Source: Prochlorococcus marinus subsp. pastoris str. CCMP1986
GTDB taxonomy: Bacteria; Cyanobacteriota; Cyanobacteriia; PCC-6307; Cyanobiaceae
NCBI RefSeq assembly: GCF_000011465.1
Contig: NC_005072.1
Coordinates: 480,001 to 512,000, forward strand
DNA: 32,000 nt
Direction of reading: 5' to 3'
The notes below the pieces were generated by a model. The model was not told the origin of the DNA and ran no database searches. It was given only the letters and a program-made list of their open reading frames with translations. Both the position numbers and the translations under genes were made by a program. Below are positions 20,539-30,060 of this stretch, in pieces; the first letter of the stretch is position 1; each line of letters opens with the position of its first letter.

Positions 20539-21444
20539 TTATGAAATTAGTTCAACATCTTTTAAAATCCAAAAACCAGCGAATTTTTCAATAAATGGAG
20601 TTGCTTGTATGGATATAAACTGATAACCATAAGAATCTTTTTTAGATTGAGTGAATTTATCATTTAATACCTTAGCATCTTTTTCTTGTAAATCTGTTAC
20701 TAACCATTTATCATCTTCTGAGGCTTCAAGTATAAGTTGGTTCTGTTTTATTAGCAGCTTGACAGGCTCTAAACTACTAAACCAAGCAGCAAGAGCAAGT
20801 GATCTGTCTTTACTAAAAAGTCTAAGGCCAGGTACTAAGTTGTCATTTTTTATTGAACTCTGGATTGGGAAAATATCTCCAAATTCAATAGGCCAATTTT
20901 TAGCTAATTTTAATTCCTCTATAGATATTTCCGAGATTGTTAATGCATCACCTCTCACAGCCTCAGGCAAAGGTTTAGGATCATTAAGAATATTAGATGT
21001 AAAGGTTGGAGCTAATACTCCTCTTACATATCCTTGCTCTAAAGGATATATCTCTCGTTCGAGAAATTCTATCCTGTCAAATAATTCATAAGTCCTTCTG
21101 CTAACAAGAGCCTCAATTCCTATATTTTCAATAGATTTTTTAATTATTGATTTCATTGATGCTCTCCAAAATCTTATTTTTAATGGCTTTGCCCAACCTT
21201 CTATTTCTGCATCATTTAGAGCTTCATTTAAAGCTTTTGTAAGCCATATTGAATTAACTTCGTTTGCTGGACATACTTTATTCCACAAAAATATTTTCTC
21301 TGTTTTAAAGCTTTTTGAAGATGAAATAATTAATTCCCATCTTTTTTTACCATTTGTTTCGATAATTGGCCTCGAATAAAAGTCCAACTCCCAATCTGAT
21401 ATTTTAAGTTCTTTATCCGAAATTATTTTTTCATTGATGGTCAT
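20539..21444 (-). CDS. Tab2/Atab2-family RNA-binding protein (DUF1092)
   Basis: 301 aa; N-terminus 'WELDFYSRPIIETNGKKRWELII', 'IKKSIENIGIEALVSRRTYELFDRIEFLEREIYP'; matches my recollection of the Tab2/DUF1092 family. Confidence 0.85.
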   Translation of the reverse strand: MTINEKIISDKELKISDWELDFYSRPIIETNGKKRWELIISSSKSFKTEKIFLWNKVCPANEVNSIWLTKALNEALNDAEIEGWAKPLKIRFWRASMKSIIKKSIENIGIEALVSRRTYELFDRIEFLEREIYPLEQGYVRGVLAPTFTSNILNDPKPLPEAVRGDALTISEISIEELKLAKNWPIEFGDIFPIQSSIKNDNLVPGLRLFSKDRSLALAAWFSSLEPVKLLIKQNQLILEASEDDKWLVTDLQEKDAKVLNDKFTQSKKDSYGYQFISIQATPFIEKFAGFWILKDVELIS

Positions 21445-22658
21445 TTTTCTAAATCTTTTTTATCAAAAAGTGACTTAGTTTTTAGAGACCTTTCAGAGGC
21501 TTCAATCATAACTTTTTCTTTATCAATGATTAATTCTCCAGGTGTGTTTTCTAATAAGGCTGTATTTAAACCAATTCTTCCTCTTTCCAAGTCAATTTCT
21601 GTTATTAGTGCCTTTATAACCTCACCCTCCCTGAAAATCTCTCTTAAATTTCGGATGGATCCATTTGTTATCGAGGATTGATGAAGAAGCCCGCTTGCTC
21701 CTCCTAAATCAACAAAGAAGCCATATGGTTTTATTGCTAAAACTTCACCCTCAATTAATTGTCCAAATTTTAGATCTGCAAATTTAGAAACTAATAATGC
21801 TTTTTTTTCTGATAAAACAAGTTTCCGTGTCTCTGGATTTACTTCTAAAAATGCAACTTTTAAATTTTTACTAACTAAAGATTGATAATCTTGACCATTT
21901 TCAAGTTGTGAACGTGGAATAAATCCTCTTAATCCATCAACATCGCAAGTAAGTCCTCCTCTATTAAAACCATTGATTGTAACTTGTATTAATTCTCCAT
22001 TTTTCGCAGAACTTGCAACTTTTTCCCAACTTTGCCTAAGAATTAATGCTCGTGCACTTACTGTGACCATACCATCAGCATTCTGTTCTTTTATTACTAA
22101 AACTTCCATTTCTAAATCAATGGTAAATTTTTCTTTGAAATTTGTAATTACTCCTAATCCACATTCTTTTTTTGGCATGAAACCAGGTGCTTTACCACCA
22201 ATGTCTATATACAAACCATCACTTTCTAATGCTATTACTTTCCCCTTAATTGTCTCTCCTGTTGCACCTATCGGCTCATTCTCGTTTAAGGCTTCTAAAA
22301 AGGCACTTTCGTCAAAATCAAATTCATCAACTTTTCTTTCTATGATGAAATCTTCATCTTCATCTTGAAAAGTTAAAGGTTTTTCTAACTCCTTATAACT
22401 TATATTTTCAAAGTTGATATTATTGGAATAACTTTCTTTTACTTCATCTATTGGGGCTTCAATAAATTTAGGCTTTACAGCACTTATGTCAGTTTTGACT
22501 TCTTTTGAAGAATTTTGATGACCATCAAAAACTTCTTCCTTATTACTAATAGTATCCTTTTTGCTTATGTGAAGGACCTGAAGCGGCTTCTTAAGATTGT
22601 TTTTGTCGCCCTTAATTTTCTTATTATTTTGGGCATCTTTATCACTAACTCCCTTCAT
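21441..22658 (-). CDS. ribosomal protein S1-like RNA-binding protein (three S1 repeats, acidic N-terminus)
   Basis: 405 aa; three S1 repeats: GETIKGKVIALESDGLYIDIGGKAPGFMPKKE, NGELIQVTINGFNRGGLTCDVDGLRGFIPRSQL, FGQLIEGEVLAIKPYGFFVDLGGASGLLHQSSI. Confidence 0.92.
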   Translation of the reverse strand: MKGVSDKDAQNNKKIKGDKNNLKKPLQVLHISKKDTISNKEEVFDGHQNSSKEVKTDISAVKPKFIEAPIDEVKESYSNNINFENISYKELEKPLTFQDEDEDFIIERKVDEFDFDESAFLEALNENEPIGATGETIKGKVIALESDGLYIDIGGKAPGFMPKKECGLGVITNFKEKFTIDLEMEVLVIKEQNADGMVTVSARALILRQSWEKVASSAKNGELIQVTINGFNRGGLTCDVDGLRGFIPRSQLENGQDYQSLVSKNLKVAFLEVNPETRKLVLSEKKALLVSKFADLKFGQLIEGEVLAIKPYGFFVDLGGASGLLHQSSITNGSIRNLREIFREGEVIKALITEIDLERGRIGLNTALLENTPGELIIDKEKVMIEASERSLKTKSLFDKKDLEK

Positions 22659-22721
22659 AGGTAAAATAAGAGTAATTTAATATTAACTTATTCTAAATGT
22701 TAGTACTCACAATTAAAAATA

Positions 22722-23519
22722 ATGAACTTTAAATCAATACCTAGCGAATTTGAGTATTTATCTTGGCCTGAAGTAAAAAATATTTCAAAAGATATAAGAT
22801 CAACAATTATCTGGCCATTTGGAGCGGTAGAACAACATGGTCCTCATTTACCTTTGGGTACAGATAGTATTTTTGTTGATGAGATAATTTGCGAAGTTTT
22901 TAAATTAATTCCGTCTGACACACCTATAAAAAAACTTCCAACTCAATATATAGGTTTTTCTCCAGAACATAAGGGATTTGATGGAACTATATCTCTTTCT
23001 TCAAATTTAATAACTTTATTAATAAAAGAAGTTGGAATCCAATTAGCGGATATGGGGTTTAAAAGATTGATATTAATAAATGCGCACGGAGGTCAAATCT
23101 CTTTACTTAACACCGCTGCAAGAGAATTAAGAAGTGTTGCTCCTAAACTTTCAATCTTCCCTTGCTTTTTATGGAAAGGAGTTGATGGATTAAGTGAACT
23201 GTTAACAAAAGATGAAATTGAGAATGGATTACATGCATCCTTAGCCGAAACAAGTTTAATGATGGCCTTAAAATCTAAACTTGTGGGAGATGAAAGACCT
23301 TGTGAAGGTATTAAAATGCAAATCCCAAAGGGTTGGAGTTTGGAGGGAAATGCTCCAACTGCTTGGTTTACAGAAGATTTAAGTAAATCTGGAGTAATAG
23401 GGAATAGTAAAGGGTCAAATAAAGAGCTAGGAAATAGTTTAAAGAGTTTATTAGTCAATCACTGGTTTAAATTAATTATGAATCTTATGAAATCAGACTG
23501 GCCAAATCAATATAAATAA
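22722..23519 (+). CDS. creatininase-family metallohydrolase
   Basis: 265 aa; IIWPFGAVEQHGPHLPLGTDSI, LINAHGGQISLLNTAARELR, HASLAETSLMM metal-ligand segments. Confidence 0.88.
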   Translation: MNFKSIPSEFEYLSWPEVKNISKDIRSTIIWPFGAVEQHGPHLPLGTDSIFVDEIICEVFKLIPSDTPIKKLPTQYIGFSPEHKGFDGTISLSSNLITLLIKEVGIQLADMGFKRLILINAHGGQISLLNTAARELRSVAPKLSIFPCFLWKGVDGLSELLTKDEIENGLHASLAETSLMMALKSKLVGDERPCEGIKMQIPKGWSLEGNAPTAWFTEDLSKSGVIGNSKGSNKELGNSLKSLLVNHWFKLIMNLMKSDWPNQYK

Positions 23520-23585
23520 TCATTATTAATTCAATAATATCGTTTAACAATTGAAACTATTTTCATCATATTTAAATAAACTCAC

Positions 23586-23591
23586 TATAAT
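23586..23591 (+). promoter_or_regulatory. candidate -10 box (TATAAT) for ado
   Basis: Exact TATAAT hexamer in 'ctcacTATAATtgtgtaaaa', about 40 nt upstream of the ado ATG at 23631. Confidence 0.55.
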
Positions 23592-23630
23592 TGTGTAAAA
23601 CTTAGGCATAATGAGCTAAAGATTACTGAC

Positions 23631-24347
23631 ATGCAAACACTCGAATCTAATAAAAAAACTAATCTAGAAAATTCTATTGATTTACCCGATTTTACTACTG
23701 ATTCTTACAAAGACGCTTATAGCAGGATAAATGCAATAGTTATTGAAGGTGAACAAGAGGCTCATGATAATTACATTTCCTTAGCAACATTAATTCCTAA
23801 CGAATTAGAAGAGTTAACTAAATTAGCGAAAATGGAGCTTAAGCACAAAAGAGGCTTTACTGCATGTGGAAGAAATCTAGGTGTTCAAGCTGACATGATT
23901 TTTGCTAAAGAATTCTTTTCCAAATTACATGGTAATTTTCAGGTTGCGTTATCTAATGGCAAGACAACTACATGCCTATTAATACAGGCAATTTTAATTG
24001 AAGCTTTTGCTATATCCGCGTATCACGTTTACATAAGAGTTGCTGATCCTTTCGCGAAAAAAATTACCCAAGGTGTTGTTAAAGATGAATATCTTCATTT
24101 AAATTATGGACAAGAATGGCTAAAAGAAAATTTAGCGACTTGTAAAGATGAGCTAATGGAAGCAAATAAGGTTAACCTTCCATTAATCAAGAAGATGTTA
24201 GATCAAGTCTCGGAAGATGCTTCAGTACTAGCTATGGATAGGGAAGAATTAATGGAAGAATTCATGATTGCCTATCAGGACACTCTCCTTGAAATAGGTT
24301 TAGATAATAGAGAAATTGCAAGAATGGCAATGGCTGCTATAGTTTAA
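23631..24347 (+). CDS. ado: aldehyde-deformylating oxygenase (alkane biosynthesis)
   Basis: 238 aa; ferritin-like di-iron ligands EGEQEAHDNY, KMELKHKRGFTACGRNLGV, LIEAFAISAYHVY, VVKDEYLHLNYGQEWL. Confidence 0.96.
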   Translation: MQTLESNKKTNLENSIDLPDFTTDSYKDAYSRINAIVIEGEQEAHDNYISLATLIPNELEELTKLAKMELKHKRGFTACGRNLGVQADMIFAKEFFSKLHGNFQVALSNGKTTTCLLIQAILIEAFAISAYHVYIRVADPFAKKITQGVVKDEYLHLNYGQEWLKENLATCKDELMEANKVNLPLIKKMLDQVSEDASVLAMDREELMEEFMIAYQDTLLEIGLDNREIARMAMAAIV

Positions 24348-24456
24348 TTTTTTTATAAATTTAATTAGTCTATTCAAAAATAATTTTTATCTATTTAGTT
24401 AATAGCTCTATGCTATTGTTCATATCAATATAAAGATTCCATTAATAAGTTATTCA

Positions 24457-25497
24457 ATGTTTGGGCTTATAGGTCATTCAACTAGTTTTGAAGATGCAAA
24501 AAGAAAGGCTTCATTATTGGGCTTTGATCATATTGCGGATGGTGATTTAGATGTTTGGTGCACAGCTCCACCTCAACTAGTTGAAAATGTAGAGGTTAAA
24601 AGTGCTATAGGTATATCAATTGAAGGTTCTTATATTGATTCATGTTTCGTTCCTGAAATGCTTTCAAGATTTAAAACGGCAAGAAGAAAAGTATTAAATG
24701 CAATGGAATTAGCTCAAAAAAAAGGTATTAATATTACCGCTTTGGGGGGGTTCACTTCTATCATCTTTGAAAATTTTAATCTCCTTCAACATAAGCAGAT
24801 TAGAAACACTTCACTAGAGTGGGAAAGGTTTACAACTGGTAATACTCATACTGCGTGGGTTATTTGCAGGCAATTAGAGATGAATGCTCCTAAAATAGGT
24901 ATTGATCTTAAAAGCGCAACAGTTGCTGTAGTTGGTGCTACTGGAGATATAGGCAGTGCTGTTTGTCGATGGTTAATCAATAAAACAGGTATTGGGGAAC
25001 TTCTTTTGGTAGCTAGGCAAAAGGAACCCTTGGATTCTTTGCAAAAGGAATTAGATGGTGGAACTATCAAAAATCTAGATGAAGCATTGCCTGAAGCAGA
25101 TATTGTTGTATGGGTAGCAAGTATGCCAAAGACAATGGAAATCGATGCTAATAATCTTAAACAACCATGTTTAATGATTGATGGAGGTTATCCAAAGAAT
25201 CTAGATGAAAAATTTCAAGGAAATAATATACATGTTGTAAAAGGAGGTATAGTAAGATTCTTCAATGATATAGGTTGGAATATGATGGAACTAGCTGAAA
25301 TGCAAAATCCCCAGAGAGAAATGTTTGCATGCTTTGCAGAAGCAATGATTTTAGAATTTGAAAAATGTCATACAAACTTTAGCTGGGGAAGAAATAATAT
25401 ATCTCTCGAGAAAATGGAGTTTATTGGAGCTGCTTCTGTAAAGCATGGCTTCTCTGCAATTGGCCTAGATAAGCATCCAAAAGTACTAGCAGTTTGA
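24457..25497 (+). CDS. aar: long-chain acyl-ACP reductase (fatty aldehyde forming)
   Basis: 346 aa; [38 protein letters not shown](P)-binding [23 protein letters not shown]; directly downstream of ado. Confidence 0.95.
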   Translation: MFGLIGHSTSFEDAKRKASLLGFDHIADGDLDVWCTAPPQLVENVEVKSAIGISIEGSYIDSCFVPEMLSRFKTARRKVLNAMELAQKKGINITALGGFTSIIFENFNLLQHKQIRNTSLEWERFTTGNTHTAWVICRQLEMNAPKIGIDLKSATVAVVGATGDIGSAVCRWLINKTGIGELLLVARQKEPLDSLQKELDGGTIKNLDEALPEADIVVWVASMPKTMEIDANNLKQPCLMIDGGYPKNLDEKFQGNNIHVVKGGIVRFFNDIGWNMMELAEMQNPQREMFACFAEAMILEFEKCHTNFSWGRNNISLEKMEFIGAASVKHGFSAIGLDKHPKVLAV

Positions 25498-25500
25498 ATT

Positions 25501-26508
25501 ATGCCAAGACGTTATCTTCTTGATTTTGAAAAACCTCTTGTAGAGCTTGAAAAGCAAATAGAGCAAATAAGAGAATTAGCAAGAGATTCAGAAGTAGATG
25601 TTAGTCAACAATTACTACAACTAGAAACACTTGCTACAAGAAGAAGAGAGGAAATTTTTAGATCCCTAACACCTGCTCAGAAAATACAAGTAGCTAGACA
25701 TCCACAAAGACCAAGCACTTTGGATTTTATTCAAATGTTTTGTGATGATTGGATTGAGTTACATGGAGACAGAAATGGAGGAGATGATATGGCTTTAATT
25801 GGAGGTTTAGGTTCGGTAAATAATCAACCTGTTCTTTTATTAGGTCATCAGAAAGGAAGAGATACTAAGGAAAATGTAGTTAGAAACTTTGGAATGGCAA
25901 AACCTGGAGGTTATAGAAAAGCTTTAAGGTTAATGCAGCATGCTGATAGATTTTCATTGCCTATTCTTACTTTTATTGATACTCCTGGGGCATATGCTGG
26001 TCTCTCTGCAGAAGAACAAGGTCAAGGAGAAGCTATAGCTAGAAACCTAAGAGAAATGTTCGGTTTTAAAGTCCCAATAATTGCTACTATTATCGGCGAA
26101 GGCGGGTCTGGTGGAGCTCTTGGAATTGGGGTAGCTGATAGGCTATTGATGTTTGAACATAGTGTTTATACTGTTGCTAGTCCAGAAGCATGTGCCTCAA
26201 TTCTTTGGAGAGATGCTGCAAAAGCTTCTGAAGCTGCAACTGCGTTAAAAATAACTGGAAAAGATCTTCTTGAGTTAGGTGTAATAGATGAAGTTTTATC
26301 AGAACCAGCAGGTGGTAATAACTGGGCTCCTATAGAGGCTGGGAATACTCTAAAAGGTGCTATTGAGAAGCACCTTAATGAATTATTGGAATTGAAGAAA
26401 GAGGAACTTTTAGAACAAAGATATTCAAAATTCAGGGTTCTGGGAAAATTTGTTGAATCAAATAATTTTGAAGAAATTCAGGAACAATTACCTCAAATAA
26501 CAGAATAA
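25501..26508 (+). CDS. accA: acetyl-CoA carboxylase carboxyltransferase subunit alpha
   Basis: 335 aa; [81 protein letters not shown]. Confidence 0.97.
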   Translation: MPRRYLLDFEKPLVELEKQIEQIRELARDSEVDVSQQLLQLETLATRRREEIFRSLTPAQKIQVARHPQRPSTLDFIQMFCDDWIELHGDRNGGDDMALIGGLGSVNNQPVLLLGHQKGRDTKENVVRNFGMAKPGGYRKALRLMQHADRFSLPILTFIDTPGAYAGLSAEEQGQGEAIARNLREMFGFKVPIIATIIGEGGSGGALGIGVADRLLMFEHSVYTVASPEACASILWRDAAKASEAATALKITGKDLLELGVIDEVLSEPAGGNNWAPIEAGNTLKGAIEKHLNELLELKKEELLEQRYSKFRVLGKFVESNNFEEIQEQLPQITE

Positions 26509-26509
26509 A

Positions 26510-27217
26510 TTGAAATTAGCATACATTACAGGAGCCACTAAAGGTATTGGTAGAGCTACAGCAGTAACTTTCGCAAATGCTGGTTGGGATTTAATTTTAC
26601 TCGCAAGAGATTTAGAGATGTTGGAAATACTAAGAGATGAACTATCAGATACAGGGTCAACAATAAATCTTGTAAAGTGCAATTTATCTAATGCAAATGA
26701 AATAAATAATTCAATTAACGAATCAATAAAAAAATATGGGTGCCCTTCCGTTTTAATAAATAATGCTGGATGTGCTTTCAATGGAAATTTAGTTGAAATG
26801 TCTTTGACAAAATGGCAAGAAATAATTCAAATTAATCTCACAAGTATATTTCAAATATGTAGTTTAATTGTCCCCAAAATGAGAAAAAATGGAGGCTTGA
26901 TTATTAATGTCAGCAGTCATGCTTCTTATAATGCTTTCCCTCAGTGGGGTGCTTATTGCGTATCAAAATCTGCTTTAGCGATGTTTACAAAGTGTCTTAG
27001 AGAAGAAGAGAGATCTAACTCGATAAGAGCATGCACAATTACTTTAGGTTCAGTTAATACCCCTCTTTGGGAGACGGAATCAATAAAATCAGATTTCGAT
27101 AGATCATCTATGCTTTCTTCTACAAACGTCTCAAATACAATTTTATATATTGCTGAACAACCAGAATCACAATTAATTGAAGACTTAACTCTTATGCCTG
27201 CAGGAGGTGCTTTTTGA
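26510..27217 (+). CDS. short-chain dehydrogenase/reductase (FabG-like SDR)
   Basis: 235 aa, TTG start 1 nt after the accA stop; AYITGATKGIGRATAVTFANAGW, LINNAG, VSSHASYNAFPQWGAYCVSKSAL (YxxxK equivalent). Confidence 0.9.
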   Translation: MKLAYITGATKGIGRATAVTFANAGWDLILLARDLEMLEILRDELSDTGSTINLVKCNLSNANEINNSINESIKKYGCPSVLINNAGCAFNGNLVEMSLTKWQEIIQINLTSIFQICSLIVPKMRKNGGLIINVSSHASYNAFPQWGAYCVSKSALAMFTKCLREEERSNSIRACTITLGSVNTPLWETESIKSDFDRSSMLSSTNVSNTILYIAEQPESQLIEDLTLMPAGGAF

Positions 27218-27293
27218 CCCTAGTTTATCAAGTCGCAATAACGATAAAGTGATTTTTTTTAGGGATTGAAGAACCCGATTGAACATAAGAATG

Positions 27294-27302
27294 TGATATA
27301 GT
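27294..27302 (+). promoter_or_regulatory. candidate extended -10 (TGaTATAGT) for folE
   Basis: Extended -10-like 'gTGATATAGTgtg' in the 154-bp gap upstream of folE; no well-spaced -35 seen. Confidence 0.4.
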
Positions 27303-27371
27303 GTGTAAGCAAATAAGCTCAAGAAAGTTACAGTAAATCAAGTTTGCATACTATTTCCTGTTTAGAATTTT

Positions 27372-28112
27372 ATGACTTCTACATTACCCAACGATAATAT
27401 TAAAAATATTGATGAAAAGATTTCTAATAAATTAATCTCCGAGATAATAAGGGACCGTATCAAAAGCAAAGGTACAAGATTCAGTGCAAATGATAATATC
27501 GCTGACTTTATTAATCCTGGTGAGCTAAAAGTTCTAGAAAAGGAGGTGGCTTCCAGAATTAAAGATTTACTTAAGTCTTTAGTTATTGATGTGGATAATG
27601 ACCACAATACTCAGGAGACAGCAGAAAGAGTTTCAAAAATGTACCTAAACGAAGTTTTTAAAGGTAGATACCATGAACAGCCAAAGGTTACAAGTTTCCC
27701 AAATGATAAAAACCTTGATGAAATTTATACTGTCGGACCAATAACAGTGAGGTCCGCTTGCTCTCATCATTTAGTTCCAATTTTAGGAGAATGTTGGATA
27801 GGAATTAAACCAGGTAGTAAAGTTATAGGTCTTTCTAAATTCGCTAGAGTAGCGGATTGGGTATTCTCTAGACCACATATACAAGAAGAAGCAGTAATGA
27901 TTCTTGCAGATGAAATAGAAAAACTATGTGAACCCAAGGGGCTAGGCATAATAGTCAAAGCTCAACATTACTGTATGAAGTGGAGAGGAGTTAAAGAGCC
28001 GAATACTAGCATGATAAATTCAGTAGTTAGAGGAGATTTTAGACATGATATAAGCCTAAAACAAGAATTTTTTGAGCTAGTAAGACAACAATCTTCTAAT
28101 AATAATTACTAA
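27372..28112 (+). CDS. folE: GTP cyclohydrolase I
   Basis: 246 aa; GPITVRSACSHHLVPILGECWIGIKP, GLSKFARVADWVFSRPHIQEE, GIIVKAQHYCMKWRGVKEP. Confidence 0.96.
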   Translation: MTSTLPNDNIKNIDEKISNKLISEIIRDRIKSKGTRFSANDNIADFINPGELKVLEKEVASRIKDLLKSLVIDVDNDHNTQETAERVSKMYLNEVFKGRYHEQPKVTSFPNDKNLDEIYTVGPITVRSACSHHLVPILGECWIGIKPGSKVIGLSKFARVADWVFSRPHIQEEAVMILADEIEKLCEPKGLGIIVKAQHYCMKWRGVKEPNTSMINSVVRGDFRHDISLKQEFFELVRQQSSNNNY

Positions 28113-28771
28113 AAATTAGTATTTTTTATTTCTTTAATAATTAAACCAACTTTATGAATATCTTTTATTCCTGGGGAGGTTTCAACACTGCTCGAAATAT
28201 CAATACCATTTGGTTTTATATTTTTTAAAATCTCAACTATCCATTCAGTGGAAACGCCTCCTGCAATCCACCAAGGTTTGCTAAAACTTAAATCTTCTAA
28301 ATATTGTTGTTTTATTCTTTTTCCCGAACCACCATATGTTTCTTTATTCCATGAATCTAAAAGTATTGCATCTATAAAGTTTTCATAAGGTTTAATCTTT
28401 TCAAGATCTTTTTTATTTTTTATTCTAAAAGCTTTCCATAAGCCAACGTCTGGAATCCGTTTTTTTAATTTTTGACAATAATCAATATCCTCATCTCCAT
28501 GGAGTTGAATTATAGTTTCGTTTGGTTCTCCTAAAAAACCTTTAATAATAGAATCAATAGGACTATTTTTTACAACTGAAACTCTCTCAACATTTGGATA
28601 TAAATCTTTTAAAGTTTTGAAGATTATTTTTTTCTTTTCTGGGGAAATATATCTTGGAGATTCATCTACCGAAATGATACCTATTGCATTAGTTCCTAAT
28701 TCGGCTACTTGAACAGCTTGTTCAATGGAAGTTATTCCGCAAATTTTAACTAAAGTTTTGGTCTCAAGCAT
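28109..28771 (-). CDS. trpF: phosphoribosylanthranilate isomerase
   Basis: 220 aa; LVKICGITSIEQA, IQLHGDED, WWIAGGVSTEWI, GIDISSSVETSPGIKD; convergent 4-nt overlap with folE. Confidence 0.94.
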   Translation of the reverse strand: MLETKTLVKICGITSIEQAVQVAELGTNAIGIISVDESPRYISPEKKKIIFKTLKDLYPNVERVSVVKNSPIDSIIKGFLGEPNETIIQLHGDEDIDYCQKLKKRIPDVGLWKAFRIKNKKDLEKIKPYENFIDAILLDSWNKETYGGSGKRIKQQYLEDLSFSKPWWIAGGVSTEWIVEILKNIKPNGIDISSSVETSPGIKDIHKVGLIIKEIKNTNF

Positions 28772-28826
28772 ATCTTTATCTTATAGGTAGAATTAATATT
28801 ATTTGTAAATATAACGGAGATTATTT

Positions 28827-30053
28827 TTGAGGAGTTTGCAAATTTTTAAAGTAAAGGGAATTCCCTTTAAATTACATCCTTACTGGTTTGCAATCCTTTT
28901 TTTATTTTCATGGAGTATTTCTAATCAAGTTAATTTAACTTCTGGTGAAATTTATAATATTAAGGAGGCTTGGTTAATTGGTTTCTTAACTTCTTTTTTT
29001 TTATTAAGTACGATCATATTCCATGAGGTCATACATACTTTTGTTTCGTTAAATCAAGGAGTAAAAATAAAAAATATTACCTTTTACTTCTTAGGAGCAG
29101 TTTTGCAAATAGAAAAGGATTGTCAAACAGCTTTGGGTAATATAAAAATCTCGATAGTTAGGCCTTTATTATGTTTCTCGACGGCATTAATTCTTTTTCT
29201 CATTATTAATCCTACTGAATCCAACGAACAAATATTTACAAATATATTGAGCAGACTAGCAATATTAAATCTTTTTCTAGGCTTTTTAAACTTAATTCCT
29301 ATTGGATTTTTAGATGGAGGTAATTTGTTAAAGAGTACTATTTGGTATTTTTCAGGAAGTAAAAATAAAGGAAGAAACTTTTTAAATAAATTAACTTTAA
29401 CATTATCAATTTTAGTTTTTCTTTTAGGAATTATATGTTTATTTAGTTTCAATTTTTACTATGGTTTATTACTTACTTTTTTGGGATTATTTGGTATTAA
29501 TTCATCAAAGTCTGAAAATCAATTTTTTAAAATTGAAAATATTTTAAAATTAAGTAAAGTTTCTGAACTTAAATTTAAGCCATTAAGAAAAATAGAATCC
29601 AATTCAAATTTTGTGCAGTTAAATAATGTGGTTAAAAGTAAAAAAGATAAACAAGATAAATATTTGTTTTTAACTAATAGTGGAAGATGGGACGGCTTTA
29701 TTGAGGAAAAAATTTTAAAATCTGTTTCAGTAAAAAAATGGGAACGTACTTTTGTTGGGGATTTTAAAAAGTCCATTAAGAAATTTGAGAGTGTCAATTT
29801 TAGTACTGAGTTATGGAGAGCTATTGAAAAGATAGAGAAATCTAATGAAGGTATAGTACTCGTACTTAATTCTGCTGATATACCACTAGGAATTATTGAC
29901 AGAAATAAAATTGGTTATTTTGTGTTTAATAAATTAGGTTTAAATTTACCTTCCAATCTAATCAGTAAATTTAATAATAAGGATCAGTATCCACTGGGTA
30001 TTCAATTACCCAAAATTATAAAATTAATGAGAAAAAAAGGAGAAATTGAATAA
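28827..30053 (+). CDS. site-2-protease-family (M50) membrane zinc metalloprotease with C-terminal CBS-like region
   Basis: 408 aa from a TTG codon; TIIFHEVIHTFVSLNQG (HExxH), IPIGFLDGGNLLKS (LDGG), multi-TM; later segment 'EGIVLVLNSADIPLGIIDRNKIG' is CBS-like. Confidence 0.87.
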   Translation: MRSLQIFKVKGIPFKLHPYWFAILFLFSWSISNQVNLTSGEIYNIKEAWLIGFLTSFFLLSTIIFHEVIHTFVSLNQGVKIKNITFYFLGAVLQIEKDCQTALGNIKISIVRPLLCFSTALILFLIINPTESNEQIFTNILSRLAILNLFLGFLNLIPIGFLDGGNLLKSTIWYFSGSKNKGRNFLNKLTLTLSILVFLLGIICLFSFNFYYGLLLTFLGLFGINSSKSENQFFKIENILKLSKVSELKFKPLRKIESNSNFVQLNNVVKSKKDKQDKYLFLTNSGRWDGFIEEKILKSVSVKKWERTFVGDFKKSIKKFESVNFSTELWRAIEKIEKSNEGIVLVLNSADIPLGIIDRNKIGYFVFNKLGLNLPSNLISKFNNKDQYPLGIQLPKIIKLMRKKGEIE

Positions 30054-30060
30054 ATTCAAG

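Noticed and set aside
20651-21091. 146-aa plus-strand ORF antisense to the Tab2-like gene
   Set aside because: Fully embedded in a well-supported gene. Ser/Leu-rich composition is typical of an antisense-frame artefact, and no domain is recognised.
21973-22368. 131-aa plus-strand ORF antisense to the S1-like gene
   Set aside because: Ends in a Ser run mirroring the acidic sense segment; no independent evidence of coding.
23093-23458. 121-aa minus-strand ORF antisense to the creatininase-family gene
   Set aside because: Embedded in a conserved gene with no recognisable motif.
27264-27283. GATTGAA direct repeat (13-nt spacing) upstream of folE
   Set aside because: Two 7-mers in AT-rich intergenic sequence; one could overlap a -35-like TTGAAC, but the spacing to TATAGT (12 nt) is too short.
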